Positions 12,578 through 25,461 are shown, counted from the whole stretch's first letter. The stretch is 63,377 bases of DNA, filler included, from Octopus bimaculoides (GCF_001194135.2; 6 parts of 4 records of this genome joined end to end with filler, not necessarily neighbours in it); one strand, 5' to 3'. Notes: a model not told the origin generated them from the letters alone. A program made the numbers and translations.

Positions 12578-13073
12578 CTGGGTGGCTTCAAGGTGAAGAA
12601 ATTTGTGTGTGTGTGTGTGTGTGTGTGTTGGACGGTGGAGGCATCATGGTGAAGAAATTTGTGTGTGTCTGTTGATATTTTCTGAGTGTATGTGTGGGTG
12701 TATTTGTGAATGATTGTCAGGGTGAGGAAATGTGTATATCTGTGTTTTCCGTATGTGTGCGTGTGTGTATATGCATGTGTGTGTGTGCTTGTTACCAATG
12801 CTATCTTAAGCCATGAGCACACCGGGCAGTTCCTGGGGTGGTGAGCACAGATTTAGCAAACAAAATACTGTGTGTATGTATGTGTGGATGTATGTGTGGA
12901 TAGATGGTTGGATGTATGCATCAGTGTGCTGTGGATGGTGCATGGAGACACACACACACACCTCCTCACAGCACCTTATTGTCTCATGCTTGGACTGGGA
13001 GGACTCAACTGTGGGTGAGACAGGGCAGTGGCAGGGGATGGGGGCTATCTATTGTATATGTGTGTGTCACATA

Positions 13074-13109
<36 letters not shown>

Positions 13110-13179
13110 ATGCACATTTGGAGTATATCTAATGTGTGTAGGTGTGTGTGCATGTGTACTGGGGTTGTTATATGTTTGC

Positions 13180-13221
<42 letters not shown>

Positions 13222-13329
13222 GTTTATGCAATTATACATTGTGCTTGAGAAATAATAAGCTTCACATACCCATACACATATACCCGTATACACACTTAAA
13301 TACATACATACAAATATATATATATATAT

Positions 13330-13705
13330 AAGAAACTTGCTTACCAACCACATGGTTCCTGGTTCAGTCCCACTGTGTGGCATCTTGGGCAAGTGTCTTC
13401 TACTATAGCCTTGGGTCGACCAAAGCCTTGTGAGTGGATTTGGCAAATGGAAACTGAGAGAAGCCTGTTGTGTGTGTGTGTGTGTGTGTGTGTGTATTTG
13501 TTTGTCTCCCTGTCACCACTTGACAACTGATGTTGGTGTGTTTATGCCCCCATAACTTAGTGGTTTGGTAAAAGAGACCAATAGAATTAGTACTAGGCTT
13601 ACAAAGAATTAGTTCTGGGATTGATTTGTTCAACTAAAACCCTTCAAGCCGGTGCTTCAGCATGGCCACTGTCAAATGACTGAAACAAGTAAAAGAATAA
13701 AAGAA
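13330..13705 (+). mobile_element. SINE family B (tRNA/CORE-type) with internal (TG)n and AAAAGAAT tail
   Basis: CTTACCAACCACATGGTTCCTGGTTCAGTCCC...TTGGGCAAGTGTCTTCTAC...GACTGAAACAAGTAAAAGAATAAAAGAAT. Confidence 0.85.
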
Positions 13706-13867
13706 TAAATACACATTGACACATTCATACACACACACAGACACGCTTCAAAAACTGAGCATGTGCATGTGCATGTGTGTGCGCGTGTGTGTGTGTGTGT
13801 GTGATATTAATAGCTGTTCTATTTAATTGAGATATTTTCGTAATGTTATTCCTTTGTTGCCCTGCAG

Positions 13868-14115
13868 GTCAATTGCTCGTCTAGCCCAAGTTTCCAAAGA
13901 GACACTGCAGAAGGAAGCACTCACCTGTTCCATCGATTTGAGCCACGAGAAGGAATGGAAGCTGGCCAAGTGCATTATGCGTTTTGCCGATGTGATCCAG
14001 AAAGTGTTGGGTGACCTCCTCCTCCACTCTGTCTGTGACTATGTTTATGAATTGGCAACAGTCTTCACAGAATTCTATGACCAATGCTACTGTATCGAGA
14101 AAGATCGCAATACAG
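13868..14115 (+). CDS. RARS1: Arginyl-tRNA synthetase (cytosolic), penultimate exon, anticodon-binding domain
   Basis: CAG acceptor (AG 13866-13867) and GTATG donor at 14116. Translation SIARLAQV...HEKEWKLAKCIMRF...LCDY-like (VCDYVYELATVFTEFYDQCYCIEKDRNT) closely follows the human RARS1 C-terminus (recalled). Phase 2 start, phase 1 end. Confidence 0.95.
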
Positions 14116-14339
14116 GTATGATGTTTTCTTTGTTGTTTGTGCGTTTGTTTGTTTGTTTGTTTGTTTGAGTGTTCGTTTTATTTTTATTTATAGTAAGAGT
14201 AATAAGAACCCAGACCATACCTGCATGGCATACTATGTTTACGCTTGCGCATATCGTTGCATACACATACACGCATACAAACATATATTCATACACACAT
14301 GGCGATGATGATGTATGTATGAATTGTGTGTGAGTGCGC

Positions 14340-15103
14340 GTGCATATAGTTGCATTTGTTTTAGCAATCCAGTCACTTTATAAATGCTCCATAGAAGTCC
14401 TCAAAAGTAAACATGTCCAGGACCCTTGTCACACCTACCTTCATCTTCTCTTTCAGCTAGGGGAACAACTAAAAGTCACAGGGAGCAAGGCCTGGACTGT
14501 AGGGAGTTTGAGGGACAGTTCTGATGCTCATCACTGTCGAATTATCAGTCAACCAGGTTAGAATTGTGCATTGGTGCATTATCCTGGTTCAGGTGTTCTG
14601 GCCGTTTTACTGAACTCCCTCTAAACCTCCATAAAGTACTCCTTATTGACTGTTTGACCAGAGGGAACCCAGTGGATGTATATGATACTCTTGCATTGAA
14701 AAAAAGGGGATCATTATAATCTTCTTGGTGGACTTGCTCTGCTTGGCTTCTTGTGTCAGTGAAAGACACGTACTTGGCTCATACACATAGATCCAGAAAC
14801 AATCTGGAGCAGTTCATAAGTTTATGTAATGTTTTTGCCTAGTTTAACTCGAAACTTTATTTCACAGCAAAGCTTCCGATTTGTCTTCATACTTGGACTG
14901 CATTCTGCAATCTAGTCAGCTGTGACAGAGTTTAGTAAAGTGTTTTCAAAGTGCTGTTGCGGCCATCTCTTTCAGTATGGAATAGAAAAGTTGCCAGGTC
15001 AGATGATTAGATGTTTAGTAATGATATATAAAAATTACAATTATCTTGGACATTTATAACTGCCTTTTCTAAAAATGTCTCAAATTTTCTGGGATGCACC
15101 TTG
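14340..15103 (-). mobile_element. Internally deleted, decayed mariner transposon in the RARS1 intron
   Basis: Minus-strand peptides HLNQDNAPMHNS and PQTPYSPGLAPCDF*LFP (mariner DNAPxH and YSPDLAP motifs). Terminus TA|CAAGGTGCATCCCAGAAAA at 15105-15085. Confidence 0.85.
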
Positions 15104-15114
15104 TATGTATATAC

Positions 15115-15151
<37 letters not shown>

Positions 15152-15169
15152 CACATGTGTATATATATA

Positions 15170-15266
<97 letters not shown>

Positions 15267-15990
15267 TTATTTAGATATCTTCATCATCATCATCAGTTTA
15301 ACTTCCACCAGAATTTGTTGAGGCAGATTTGCTATGACTGGATGCACTTCCTGTCACCAACCCTCACCTGTTTCCAAACAAAGTAATATTTCCCCATGAC
15401 TGGACATGATTTCAGAGAAACAAAAGGTTCCACTTGTGTGTGTCACTTGCATCTGTCACACAGTGTCAAGATGAGGACACACACTTCTTTCAGTTACCAT
15501 CTGCCAAATCCCCTCTGAAAGCTTTGGTTGGCCCAAGAAACATTTGCCTGTGGTGTTAGGCAGTGGAATGAACCTGAAACCATATGGTTGTTAAGTGAAC
15601 TTCTTTACCATGCGATCATGTCTATGCTTATACACAGCATATATATACACACATGTACATTTATATATATATATATATATATNNNNNNNNNNNNNNNNNN
15701 NNNNNNNNNNNNNNNNNNNNNNNNNNNNNNNNNNNNNNNNNNNNNNNNNNNNNNNNNNNNNNNNNNNNNNNNNNNNNNNNNNNNNNNNNNNNNNNNNNNN
15801 NNNNNNNNNNNNNNNNNNNNNNNNNNNNNNNNNNNNNNNNNNNNNNNNNNNNNNNNNNNNNNNNNNNNNNNNNNNNNNNNNNNNNNNNNNNNNNNNNNNN
15901 NNNNNNNNNNNNNNNNNNNNNNNNNNNNNNNNNNNNNNNNNNNNNNNNNNNNNNNNNNNNNNNNNNNNNNNNNNNNNNNNNNNNNNNNNN

Positions 15991-16031
<41 letters not shown>

Positions 16032-16372
16032 ATAGATAGATAGATGTACATACACACAGACAGACTAAACTTGACAGTTTGCTTAAAGGGAAAGAAAAGA
16101 AAACAATATCCCATCCCAACATAAAAGTACTTTAAAAAAATCACAGCATATCAGCTAGATATTATTGCACTTAGTTTCTACTATGGTCTCAAGATGGCTC
16201 TTGAACCTGGTGCATGCATGCCTCACTGTGTCCTTGGGAAAATCTTTGAACACCTCCTTGATCTTGGCCACCAGCTTGGCTTTGGTATTGCAGGCAGAAC
16301 AGTTGGTGTCTTTCTCAACTATAGCCTACACATACTAATCCATGGGATTACAATCGGAGCGATATATATATA

Positions 16373-16654
16373 TAGGTGCAGGAGTGGCTGTGTGGTAAGT
16401 AGCTTACTTACCAACCACATGGTTCCGGGTTCAGTCCCACTGCGTGACACCTTGGGCATGTGTCTTCTACTATAGCCTCGGGCCGACCAAAGCCTTGTGA
16501 GTGGATTTGGTAGATGGAAACTGAAAGAAGCCCGTCGTATATATGCATATGTATATATATATATATGTGTGTTTGTGTGTCTGTGTTTGTCCCCCCAACA
16601 TCGCTTGACAACCGATGGTGGGGTGTTTACGTCCCCGTAACTTAGTGGTTTGGC
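16373..16654 (+). mobile_element. SINE family B copy, runs into gap
   Basis: GGTGCAGGAGTGGCTGTGTGGTAAG...GGTTCAGTCCC...CCTTGGGCATGTGTCTTCTAC. Confidence 0.9.
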
Positions 16655-17530
16655 NNNNNNNNNNNNNNNNNNNNNNNNNNNNNNNNNNNNNNNNNNNNNN
16701 NNNNNNNNNNNNNNNNNNNNNNNNNNNNNNNNNNNNNNNNNNNNNNNNNNNNNNNNNNNNNNNNNNNNNNNNNNNNNNNNNNNNNNNNNNNNNNNNNNNN
16801 NNNNNNNNNNNNNNNNNNNNNNNNNNNNNNNNNNNNNNNNNNNNNNNNNNNNNNNNNNNNNNNNNNNNNNNNNNNNNNNNNNNNNNNNNNNNNNNNNNNN
16901 NNNNNNNNNNNNNNNNNNNNNNNNNNNNNNNNNNNNNNNNNNNNNNNNNNNNNNNNNNNNNNNNNNNNNNNNNNNNNNNNNNNNNNNNNNNNNNNNNNNN
17001 NNNNNNNNNNNNNNNNNNNNNNNNNNNNNNNNNNNNNNNNNNNNNNNNNNNNNNNNNNNNNNNNNNNNNNNNNNNNNNNNNNNNNNNNNNNNNNNNNNNN
17101 NNNNNNNNNNNNNNNNNNNNNNNNNNNNNNNNNNNNNNNNNNNNNNNNNNNNNNNNNNNNNNNNNNNNNNNNNNNNNNNNNNNNNNNNNNNNNNNNNNNN
17201 NNNNNNNNNNNNNNNNNNNNNNNNNNNNNNNNNNNNNNNNNNNNNNNNNNNNNNNNNNNNNNNNNNNNNNNNNNNNNNNNNNNNNNNNNNNNNNNNNNNN
17301 NNNNNNNNNNNNNNNNNNNNNNNNNNNNNNNNNNNNNNNNNNNNNNNNNNNNNNNNNNNNNNNNNNNNNNNNNNNNNNNNNNNNNNNNNNNNNNNNNNNN
17401 NNNNNNNNNNNNNNNNNNNNNNNNNNNNNNNNNNNNNNNNNNNNNNNNNNNNNNNNNNNNNNNNTAACAAAAAAACCGTTACTCTGAGAGTAACGGTTTT
17501 TTTGTTATATTTCTGCTGCTTTTAAATAAA

Positions 17531-17568
<38 letters not shown>

Positions 17569-17737
17569 CTTTTTCTTTCTTTTCTCTTTTAAATATAGCA
17601 TGGATAACATTCACATCTCTTTATTTACATTATTCACATAATAGTTTCATGCAATTCATCATCTAAACACCACCATTTCAGTGTAAATTGGTGCTATTAA
17701 TTGCTTAATATGATTATTAATTAGTCAATACACATTA

Positions 17738-17945
17738 GGTGATGAGCTGGCAGAATCATCAGCTCATTGGACAAAATGTTAAGTGGTATTTCTCTGGCTG
17801 TTTACATTTTGAATACAAATTCTGCTGAGGTTCACCTTACCTTTCAACTTTTCGGGGTTCATAAGATAAGTACTAGTTGAGCACTGGGGTTGATGTAATT
17901 GACTAACGCCCGCCCAACAACGTTACTGGTACTAAAATTTGAAAC
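17738..17945 (+). mobile_element. SINE family A copy (diverged) in the RARS1 last intron
   Basis: GGTGATGAGCTGGCAGAATC...ACCTTTCAACTTTTCGGGG...GTACTAGTTGAGCACTGGGG. Confidence 0.8.
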
Positions 17946-18048
17946 TAGTTGCTATTTTTTTTTTTCTCAATATTTTAAAAAATTGTTTTTAATTTTCATA
18001 ATTTTCTATAATTTGAGCCTGTCACTCTGCTGTCATTTTTATTTCCAG

Positions 18049-18158
18049 GTGAGATCATTAAAGTAAACATGAGCCGTTTGCTGCTTTGTGAAGCAACAGC
18101 CAATGTCATTGGTACTATCTTCTTCATCCTTGGTATCCAACCTGTCAACAAAATGTAG
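18049..18158 (+). CDS. RARS1: Arginyl-tRNA synthetase, terminal coding exon
   Basis: TTTCCAG acceptor (AG 18047-18048). Joins in phase to give [36 protein letters not shown], stop TAG at 18156-18158. Follows the human ending KVNMWRMLLCEA...LGIKPVQRM (recalled). Confidence 0.95.
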
Positions 18159-18262
18159 ATGTAATGGTGACGACCAAATTATTTTATCCTCCATTTACAT
18201 ATATATATATATGATTTTTATGAATAAGCTGGATAATTTCCAAATAATTTCTTTGTGGGGAA

Positions 18263-18268
18263 AATAAA
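18263..18268 (+). promoter_or_regulatory. Candidate polyadenylation signal of RARS1
   Basis: AATAAA about 105 nt after the stop, followed by a U-rich tract at about 18283-18310. Confidence 0.45.
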
Positions 18269-18349
18269 TATATATTTACCAGGTTTTGACTTTTTCTTTT
18301 CTGCTTTTTCAATTATTATTAATATTATTATTATTGTTGTTGTTGTTAT

Positions 18350-20033
18350 TAAGGCGGCAAGCTGACAGAATCGTTAGCATACCAGGTGAAATGCTTAGCG
18401 GCATCTCAACTGTCCTTACGGTTTGAGTTCTAATTTTGCTGCGGTTGTCTTTGCCTTTCATCCTTTCGGGGTTGATAAAATAAGTACCAGTTGAGCATTG
18501 GGGTCAATGTAACTGACTTACCCCCTCCTCTAAGTTGCTGGCCTTGTGCCAAAATTTGAAACCATTATTATTATTGTTTCAAATAAGGCAGCAAACTGGC
18601 AGAATTGTTAGCATGTCAGGCCGAATGCTCAACAGCATTTGGTCTGTCTTTATGTTCTGAGTTCAACTTTGTCTTTCATCCTTTTCTTCTTCTTGTCTTT
18701 AACCCTCCAACGCGGAGTATAGGCCACTTATAATTGAATTCCATGTCGCATAATTTCTCGCTTCTGTACTTATACTCTACCATGAATGTCCCCCTTTCTC
18801 TAGTTCCTTTTGTGTTGATCTACGCCACGAGTTCTTAGGCCTACTCCTCTTTCTGTATCCATCCGGATTCCACTGTAAAGCACTTTTCGCCGCATTTGGT
18901 GTGTCCTTTATAATTGTGCTACCGATCCACTTCCACTTTTTCTTAAATATTTGCTCTCTAATCGGAGCTTGATTCATCCTTTTAAGGTCGATAAAATAAG
19001 TATCAGTTGAGCACTGTGGGTCAATCTTGAAAATGCTGGTCTTGTGCCAAACTTTGAAACCATTATTATTATTATTATTATTAGTAGTAGTAGTAGTAGT
19101 AAGGCGGTGAGTTGGCAGAATTGTTAGCACGCCGGGCAAAATGCTTAACAGTATTTCGTCCGTCTTTACATTTTGAGTTCAAATTCCGCCGAAGTTGACT
19201 TTGCCTTTCATCCTTTCGGGGCCGATAAATTAAGCATCAGTGAAACATTGGGGTTGATGTGGTCGTTTTACCCCCTCCCACAAATTTCTGGCCTTGTGCC
19301 TCCAGTAGAAAGAATTATTATTATCATTACTACTATTATTATTATTATTTTATGTTTGACTTTTGTTNNNNNNNNNNTCATTTTTTGCAAAGAGCTATTA
19401 TTATGCACAGAGGCAGCGCCATAGCCAATAAGAGTTATCCAAGGCATGGTTATTACGAGTTGATTATTATCATTATTATTACTACTTTTATTATTAAGGT
19501 GATGATCTGCAGGAATTGTTAGTGTGCCAAGCAAAATGCTTTGCAGCATTAACTCTGGCTCCTTATATTCTGAGGTCATATATAACTGAGGTTGATTTTG
19601 TCTCTGAGTGGTTGGCGTTAGGAAGGGCATCCAGCTGTAGAAACTCTGCCAAATCAGATTGGAGCCTGGTGTAACCACCTGGTTCACCAGTCCTCAATCA
19701 AATCGTCCAACCCATGCTAGCATGGAAAGCGGACGTTAAACAATGATGATGATCCTTTTTGGAGCTGATAAAGTACCACTCAAGTACTGGGGACCAATCT
19801 AATCAACCAAGCCTGTCACCCTAAAACTGCTGACTTGTGCCAAAATTTGAAACAATTATTATTATTATCATTTATTATTATCATTATTATTATTACGGTG
19901 GCGAGCTGCTGAGGTCGACTTTACCGTTCATCCTTTCAGAGTTGATAAATTAAATACCAGTTTAGTACTGGGGTTGATGTAATCGACTATCCCCCTCCCC
20001 CAAATTTCAGGGCTTGTGCCTATGATAGAAAGA

Positions 20034-20067
<34 letters not shown>

Positions 20068-20304
20068 TTTAAAAAGGATTGACGTAACTCTTCACGAAGG
20101 TAAATAGTCAAGACGAAGAGCGCGATTCGATTGTATAAATGTTTTATTCGTTAAACAATATTTCGACAGTACGTCTGTCTTTGTCAAGTTCAAAGCAAAA
20201 GGTGATTAAAAATTCAAAATTTCAGAAATTCTAAACGTAAACTATGAATGAGAGTAACCAGCGTCAAAACATTTATACAATCGAATTGTGCTCTTCGTTT
20301 TGAC

Positions 20305-20344
<40 letters not shown>

Positions 20345-20950
20345 TCTGTCTTTGTAGTATATTTTCATCTCAGCCCCTGTGACTAATAAAAAATTATTAT
20401 TATTTATTTTTTTATTTATTATTATTATTATCATTATTATTATTATTATTATTTCTGTCTTTGTAGTGTATTTTCATCTATGCCCCTGTGACTAATAAAA
20501 AATTATTATTATTTATTTATTATTATTATTTATTATTATTATTATTATTATTATTTCTTTATTTTATTTGTTCTGAGTTCAAATTTTGCTGGGGTTAACT
20601 TTGTATTTCCCTCTGGCGGTCGATAAAATAAAAGTACCAGTGAAGTACTGGGGTCATTGTAATCGACTCATCCCTCCCCCTAAAACTGCTGGCTTTGTGC
20701 TAAAATTTGAAGCATTATTATTATTATTGTTATTAAGGCGGTGAGCTGGCAGAATTGTTAGCATGCCGGGCGAAATGCTTAGTGGCATTTCAACTCTCTT
20801 ATGCTCTGAGTTCAAATTCCACTGAGGACGACTTTGCCTTTCACCCTTTTGGGGTTGATAAAATAAGTACCAGTTGAGTACTGGAGTTGATGCAATCAAC
20901 TTAACCCCTCCCCCAAAATTGCTGGTCTTGTGCCAAAATTTGAAACCATT
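18350..20950 (+). mobile_element. Head-to-tail cluster of about 9 SINE family A copies/fragments separated by (ATT)n, with one RTE-tail-type repeat at about 19605-19752
   Basis: Heads or bodies at about 18350, 18585, 18970, 19100, 19495, 19760, 19895, 20570 and 20735; each ends in TTA repeats. Confidence 0.85.
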
Positions 20951-21039
20951 ATTAAGAAGAGTAGTAGATTGGTGGAATTATTGGTGCATTAGAAAGAAAA
21001 AAAAACGCCTTGCAATATTCTACTTCCATCTGGTAACTG

Positions 21040-21205
21040 GCTTTGCTCAATATGTAGAAAAGTAGTTGATAGAAATTGCATATAGTAAATGCAGTACAAA
21101 CTATAGATGCATAAGAGGTGCAGTGGTGTCATAGAAAAGGTTAACTGGGAAAGCAGGCCTTGCATGTGGCAAATGCACAGGAGTTAAAAACACCAAGAGC
21201 ATAGT
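21040..21205 (+). mobile_element. Short fragment of the RTE LINE PHD-finger region
   Basis: Translates KL*MHKRCSGVIEK...CGKCTG, homologous to 53430-53515. Confidence 0.6.
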
Positions 21206-21334
21206 TGATGCAGCCCTCTTATTCATCCATTCCTGTCAAATAATCCAACCAATGCCAGCATCATGGAGAATTGACATTAAATTGTGGTGATGATGATAGT
21301 GTGTGTGTATATGAATCCAGCCCTTTGTCTAAAT

Positions 21335-21830
21335 CAGTGGTAATCAGCCATTTTTTGCCTGTGAACACCTTTCATTCCTATTTTATTCTACTGAATCTCC
21401 AGAGCCACTGGATGTTTGAATAAAATCCTATTATATTTCTATTATTCAATATTATTAGGACACTTCCTAATGATAAAAAAAAAATTTTTTGGAAACATTT
21501 TGTGTAATGCAGAAGTGTAACCAATTTTATTGCACATAGATTTTAACAACAAAATCTGATATTGACCCTCAAGGTCCATATAAGACCCCGGTTGAGAACC
21601 ATTGGTCTAAACTAGTGCTTCTCAATCATGGATTCTTTCGATCCCTATTTTACTCGTGTAGACCCTTGTATTCATTTAATGTTATTTAGAAAAGTCCTAA
21701 TATATTTTTATAATTAAATTTTATTAGAAATTGTATAAAAAAAACTTCTCAAATATCTTGTTTTAAAGATGGATAACCAATTTATTGCACATAAATTTTA
21801 TCAACAAAATCTTTTTTGAACCTCTAAACT
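21335..21830 (-). mobile_element. Two adjacent hAT MITE copies (same family as 9058-9366)
   Basis: Copy 1 (21335-21604) has TSD GTCTAAAT / GTCTAAAC. Copy 2 starts at 21613 (TAGTGCTTCTCAATC) directly after that TSD; its right end is eroded. Confidence 0.75.
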
Positions 21831-22414
21831 GACTACCAACCAATCCAATGAATCTGCATTTACATGGTCTTTTGACTCGCTAGACTCGGCAGCCAAAATC
21901 TCCCTTGAGCCACAACTTAGCATTTTGGAGTAAAAACATTCACAATTAATATACAGTAATAGCTAAAAATGAGAGACTGGATGGTCATAGTTGGGAGATT
22001 TTCAATCATTAGACTGTTAAGTCAAGATTAATTGGGTGTAAACAACAGCAACAAAAAAAAAACAGACGTGTATCTATCTAATTGAAATCCACACGTGTCT
22101 TTATTTGTTTGACAGCCACAAACCTTGTATTTAAACTGCCCGAAGGAAAATATTACCATTGCGTGTGGTAGAGTATGTCTGTGATTTTACTGTGTATGGT
22201 GTTTATGTGTGTAACTGTGTGTATTCACTATATATGTGTGTGGGAGAGAGAGGGAGAGAAAGAGAATGTATATATTTATGTGTATGTCTATCTATATATA
22301 GGTGTGTGTGGTTTTACTGAGTGTGTATATGGTTACAGTATTTTACCATGTATGCGTACAAATTAGATACTCATGTGCATATATACATGCTGTAAGCACA
22401 CACACATAGATAAA

Positions 22415-22491
22415 TAAATAGATAGACAGACAGACAGATAGATAGATAGATAGACAAACAAATAGAAAGATAGATAGATAGACAGACAGAC

Positions 22492-22522
<31 letters not shown>

Positions 22523-22600
22523 CAAACAAATAGAAAGATAGATAGATAGATAGACAGACAGATAGATAGATAAATAGATAGACTGATAAATAGATATAAA
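22415..22600. repeat. (GATA)/(GACA) compound microsatellite
   Basis: Direct read. Confidence 0.95.
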
Positions 22601-22794
22601 CATGCTATTTTAAGCTTTGTTAATGTTATTTATTGAGATTCATTCCTAAAGTTAGTACAAAACACATTAAAAATCATTGCTTTTGTATAATTTTTTTTAT
22701 TTAAAAATCCTCCCCCTCCTCATTCTTCCTCTTCTAAATATTTCATTTCCCATTAGCCAAGATTAGTTTTCTCTTGTTTGTTGTTATTATCGTG

Positions 22795-22843
<49 letters not shown>

Positions 22844-23147
22844 CCACCATCACCACCACCACCACCACCACCACCACCANNNNNNNNNNNNNNNNNNNNN
22901 NNNNNNNNNNNNNNNNNNNNNNNNNNNNNNNNNNNNNNNNNNNNNNNNNNNNNNNNNNNNNNNNNNNNNNNNNNNNNNNNNNNNNNNNNNNNNNNNNNNN
23001 NNNNNNNNNNNNNNNNNNNNNNNNNNNNNNNNNNNNNNNNNNNNNNNNNNNNNNNNNNNNNNNNNNNNNNNNNNNNNNNNNNNNNNNNNNNNNNNNNNNN
23101 NNNNNNNNNNNNNNNNNNNNNNTCATCATCATCATCATCATCATCAT

Positions 23148-23334
23148 TAAGGCGGCAAGCTGGCAGAATTGTTAGCGCGCTGGGTGGAATGCTTAGTTCT
23201 GGGTTCAAATTCCACCTAGGTCGACTTTACCTTTCATCCTTTCGCGGTCAATAAATTAAGTACCAGTTGAGTACTGGGGTTGATGTAATCGACTATACCC
23301 CTCCCCCAAATTTCAGGCCTTGTGCCTATACTAG

Positions 23335-23345
<11 letters not shown>
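23148..23345 (+). mobile_element. SINE family A copy
   Basis: AAGGCGGCAAGCTGGCAGAATTG...TTGTGCCTATACTAGAAAG then (TTA)n. Confidence 0.85.
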
Positions 23346-23369
<24 letters not shown>

Positions 23370-24019
23370 TTTATTTTTATTTTAAATGTGGAGATTGTGA
23401 AATCGGAAAGTGGAGGCATTTATTATTAATTTCCAGTCTATTTTCTCTTGACTCGTCATTTAGTGAATGAAAAGATGATTTTTAGGTTAGATTTAATGAG
23501 GACGTTGTAATTAAAGCAGTGGTGGTGGGGTAGGATTTAATTACGAGGTGGTGATGTTGGGGAGGGGGGAGATTCGGTGGTTACGGTTGCAACAGCATTG
23601 GCCACATTTGCAGGCATAGCTGTGTGGTTGAGAAACTTGCTTCACAACTACACATGGTGGCATAGTTCGAACCCAGTGCACAGACTCGGCACCCAGTATA
23701 TTGTATTATAGCCGCGAGTTAACCAATAACCTGTGATTTAGATTTGGTCAACGGGAACTATGAGGTGGAATGAAGGACTATTTGTACGTTTGAAAGTAAA
23801 CCTAAGTCTGTCAAAACACAAACTGCTGTTGCTGCCGCCATCACCACCTGATCTTTTAGAGAGTTTTGGTCGATATTTTTAGTTGGTGGAGCAATCGTAC
23901 CATTGTGAACATTTTTATTTTGCTTTCTACTTTTGAAGCATGTTGATTGCGTTGTTGAAATATCCGTTTGGGGGTTAGTATGTGAAAGAAAAACAAAAAA
24001 GTGAAGGTGCATGGTTTAG

Positions 24020-24215
24020 TGGTTTGGATGTTGGACTGACTCATGATTGTGAGATTGTGGTTTCGGTTCCTGCACCGGGCGATGCGCTGTGTTCTTGAGC
24101 AAAACTTTTCATTTCACGTTGCTCCAGGCCACTCAGCTGTAAATATGAGTAATCTTGCGATGGATTGGCGTCCAATCGAGGGAGGAACATATACGCCAGA
24201 GAAACCGGGGAACCA
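24020..24215 (+). mobile_element. tRNA-derived SINE with a distinct conserved central domain (Deu/Nin-like, tentative)
   Basis: Degenerate tRNA head, TTCTTGAGCAAAAC, then CCACTCAGCTGTAAAT...GCGATGGATTGGCGTCC. Domain assignment is from memory only. Confidence 0.45.
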
Positions 24216-24903
24216 TCCCTCTACTCCTTCCAGAGTAATGTGGAAAAACAGTTAAACCCATGTTAATTTTTGCAGTGTAAAAGGCTGTAAGCTGGCAGAG
24301 TCGTTAGCGGCATTTCGTCCGTTTTGAGTTCAATGCCGAGGTCGACTTTGCTTTTCAGGGTACCAGTTGCGCACTAATGTCGATGTAATCGACTTACCTC
24401 TTACCCCCCCACTAAAAAAAGGCTTTGTGCCTATAATAGAAAGATGCATACATACGTACATACATACATACATACATACATAAAGAACAGGTGAAGGTTA
24501 GTAACAGAAAAGACATTCGACCATAGAAAATCTGCCTCAACACATTCCCTCTGACCCATGCAGCATGCAAAAGTGGACGTTAAAGGATGATGGTGGTTAC
24601 GATTTAACAGCCATCAAATATTACTAACACACTTCTTAGAAAATGAAACGCTGCTTCATGCCTTTTTTTATTTTTAAAGTTTTCTTTTTTTGATTTATCG
24701 TTTATTCAGAGGAGAAAAATAGCGTTCCTGATCCTTTTGAATACCCCTAGTAGGAGCAAGTAATCCTCAGGCCGAAGATATAGCCTTAATGTTTGGAACG
24801 TTATGTAACCGCTACAGTCACCCAATGAGCAAACAGTGAGGTGTTAAACTGGGCGACAGCTAACGTCTGTCACACGAGTGAGCTATTTTGTATTATGATA
24901 TTA

Positions 24904-25461
24904 GACAAACGTGAAAAACCATCATTACTTAAAAATTGAAAAATCGGTAGTGAGGCTCTGACTGAGTTTTGAACCATCGACCCAGCTCCCCAAATCAAGA
25001 CCACGGCCTGATATACTGTTATAAAAAGTAAGGCCATCTATGAAAAATTGTGTCGTCATAAAAAAAAAGGCATTATCGCCTACGTGAATATGGTTCAGTC
25101 AATCAAGTTGGCTGGTGTTTAACCAAGCGAAGCAAAATCTTCCCACCAAATATTATGGTCGAACCTTGACGTTTGTCACTTGAGTAAGCTATTATGGTGT
25201 TAGATTGATGACAGACGTGAAAAATTTCCAGTAAGCTAGAATTACATAAAAATTGAAAAATCTGTAGTGAGACTTCTACTGAGTTTTGAGCATTCACACT
25301 TAGGTTCCTCAGATCAAGGCCATCTATGAAAAATTGTGCCGTCATGAAAAAAAAAAAAAAGAAGCATTATCGTGTACGCGAATATGGCTCAGCCAATCAA
25401 ATCGACTGGTGTTTAATCAAGCGAACAGATGTCTTCCCGCCAAATAGTATGGTCGAACCTT
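24904..25461. repeat. Diverged tandem duplication (about 250-260 bp x2)
   Basis: 24904-25167 vs 25210-25461 share GGCCATCTATGAAAAATTGTG, GCATTATCG, CTGGTGTTTAA and ATGGTCGAACCTT. Confidence 0.85.

Noticed and set aside
7440-18158. A single gene or fusion joining the CUB exon to the RARS1 exons (same strand)
   Set aside because: An artificial scaffold linker lies between them, and the phases do not match (CUB exon ends in phase 1, RARS1 exon starts in phase 2).
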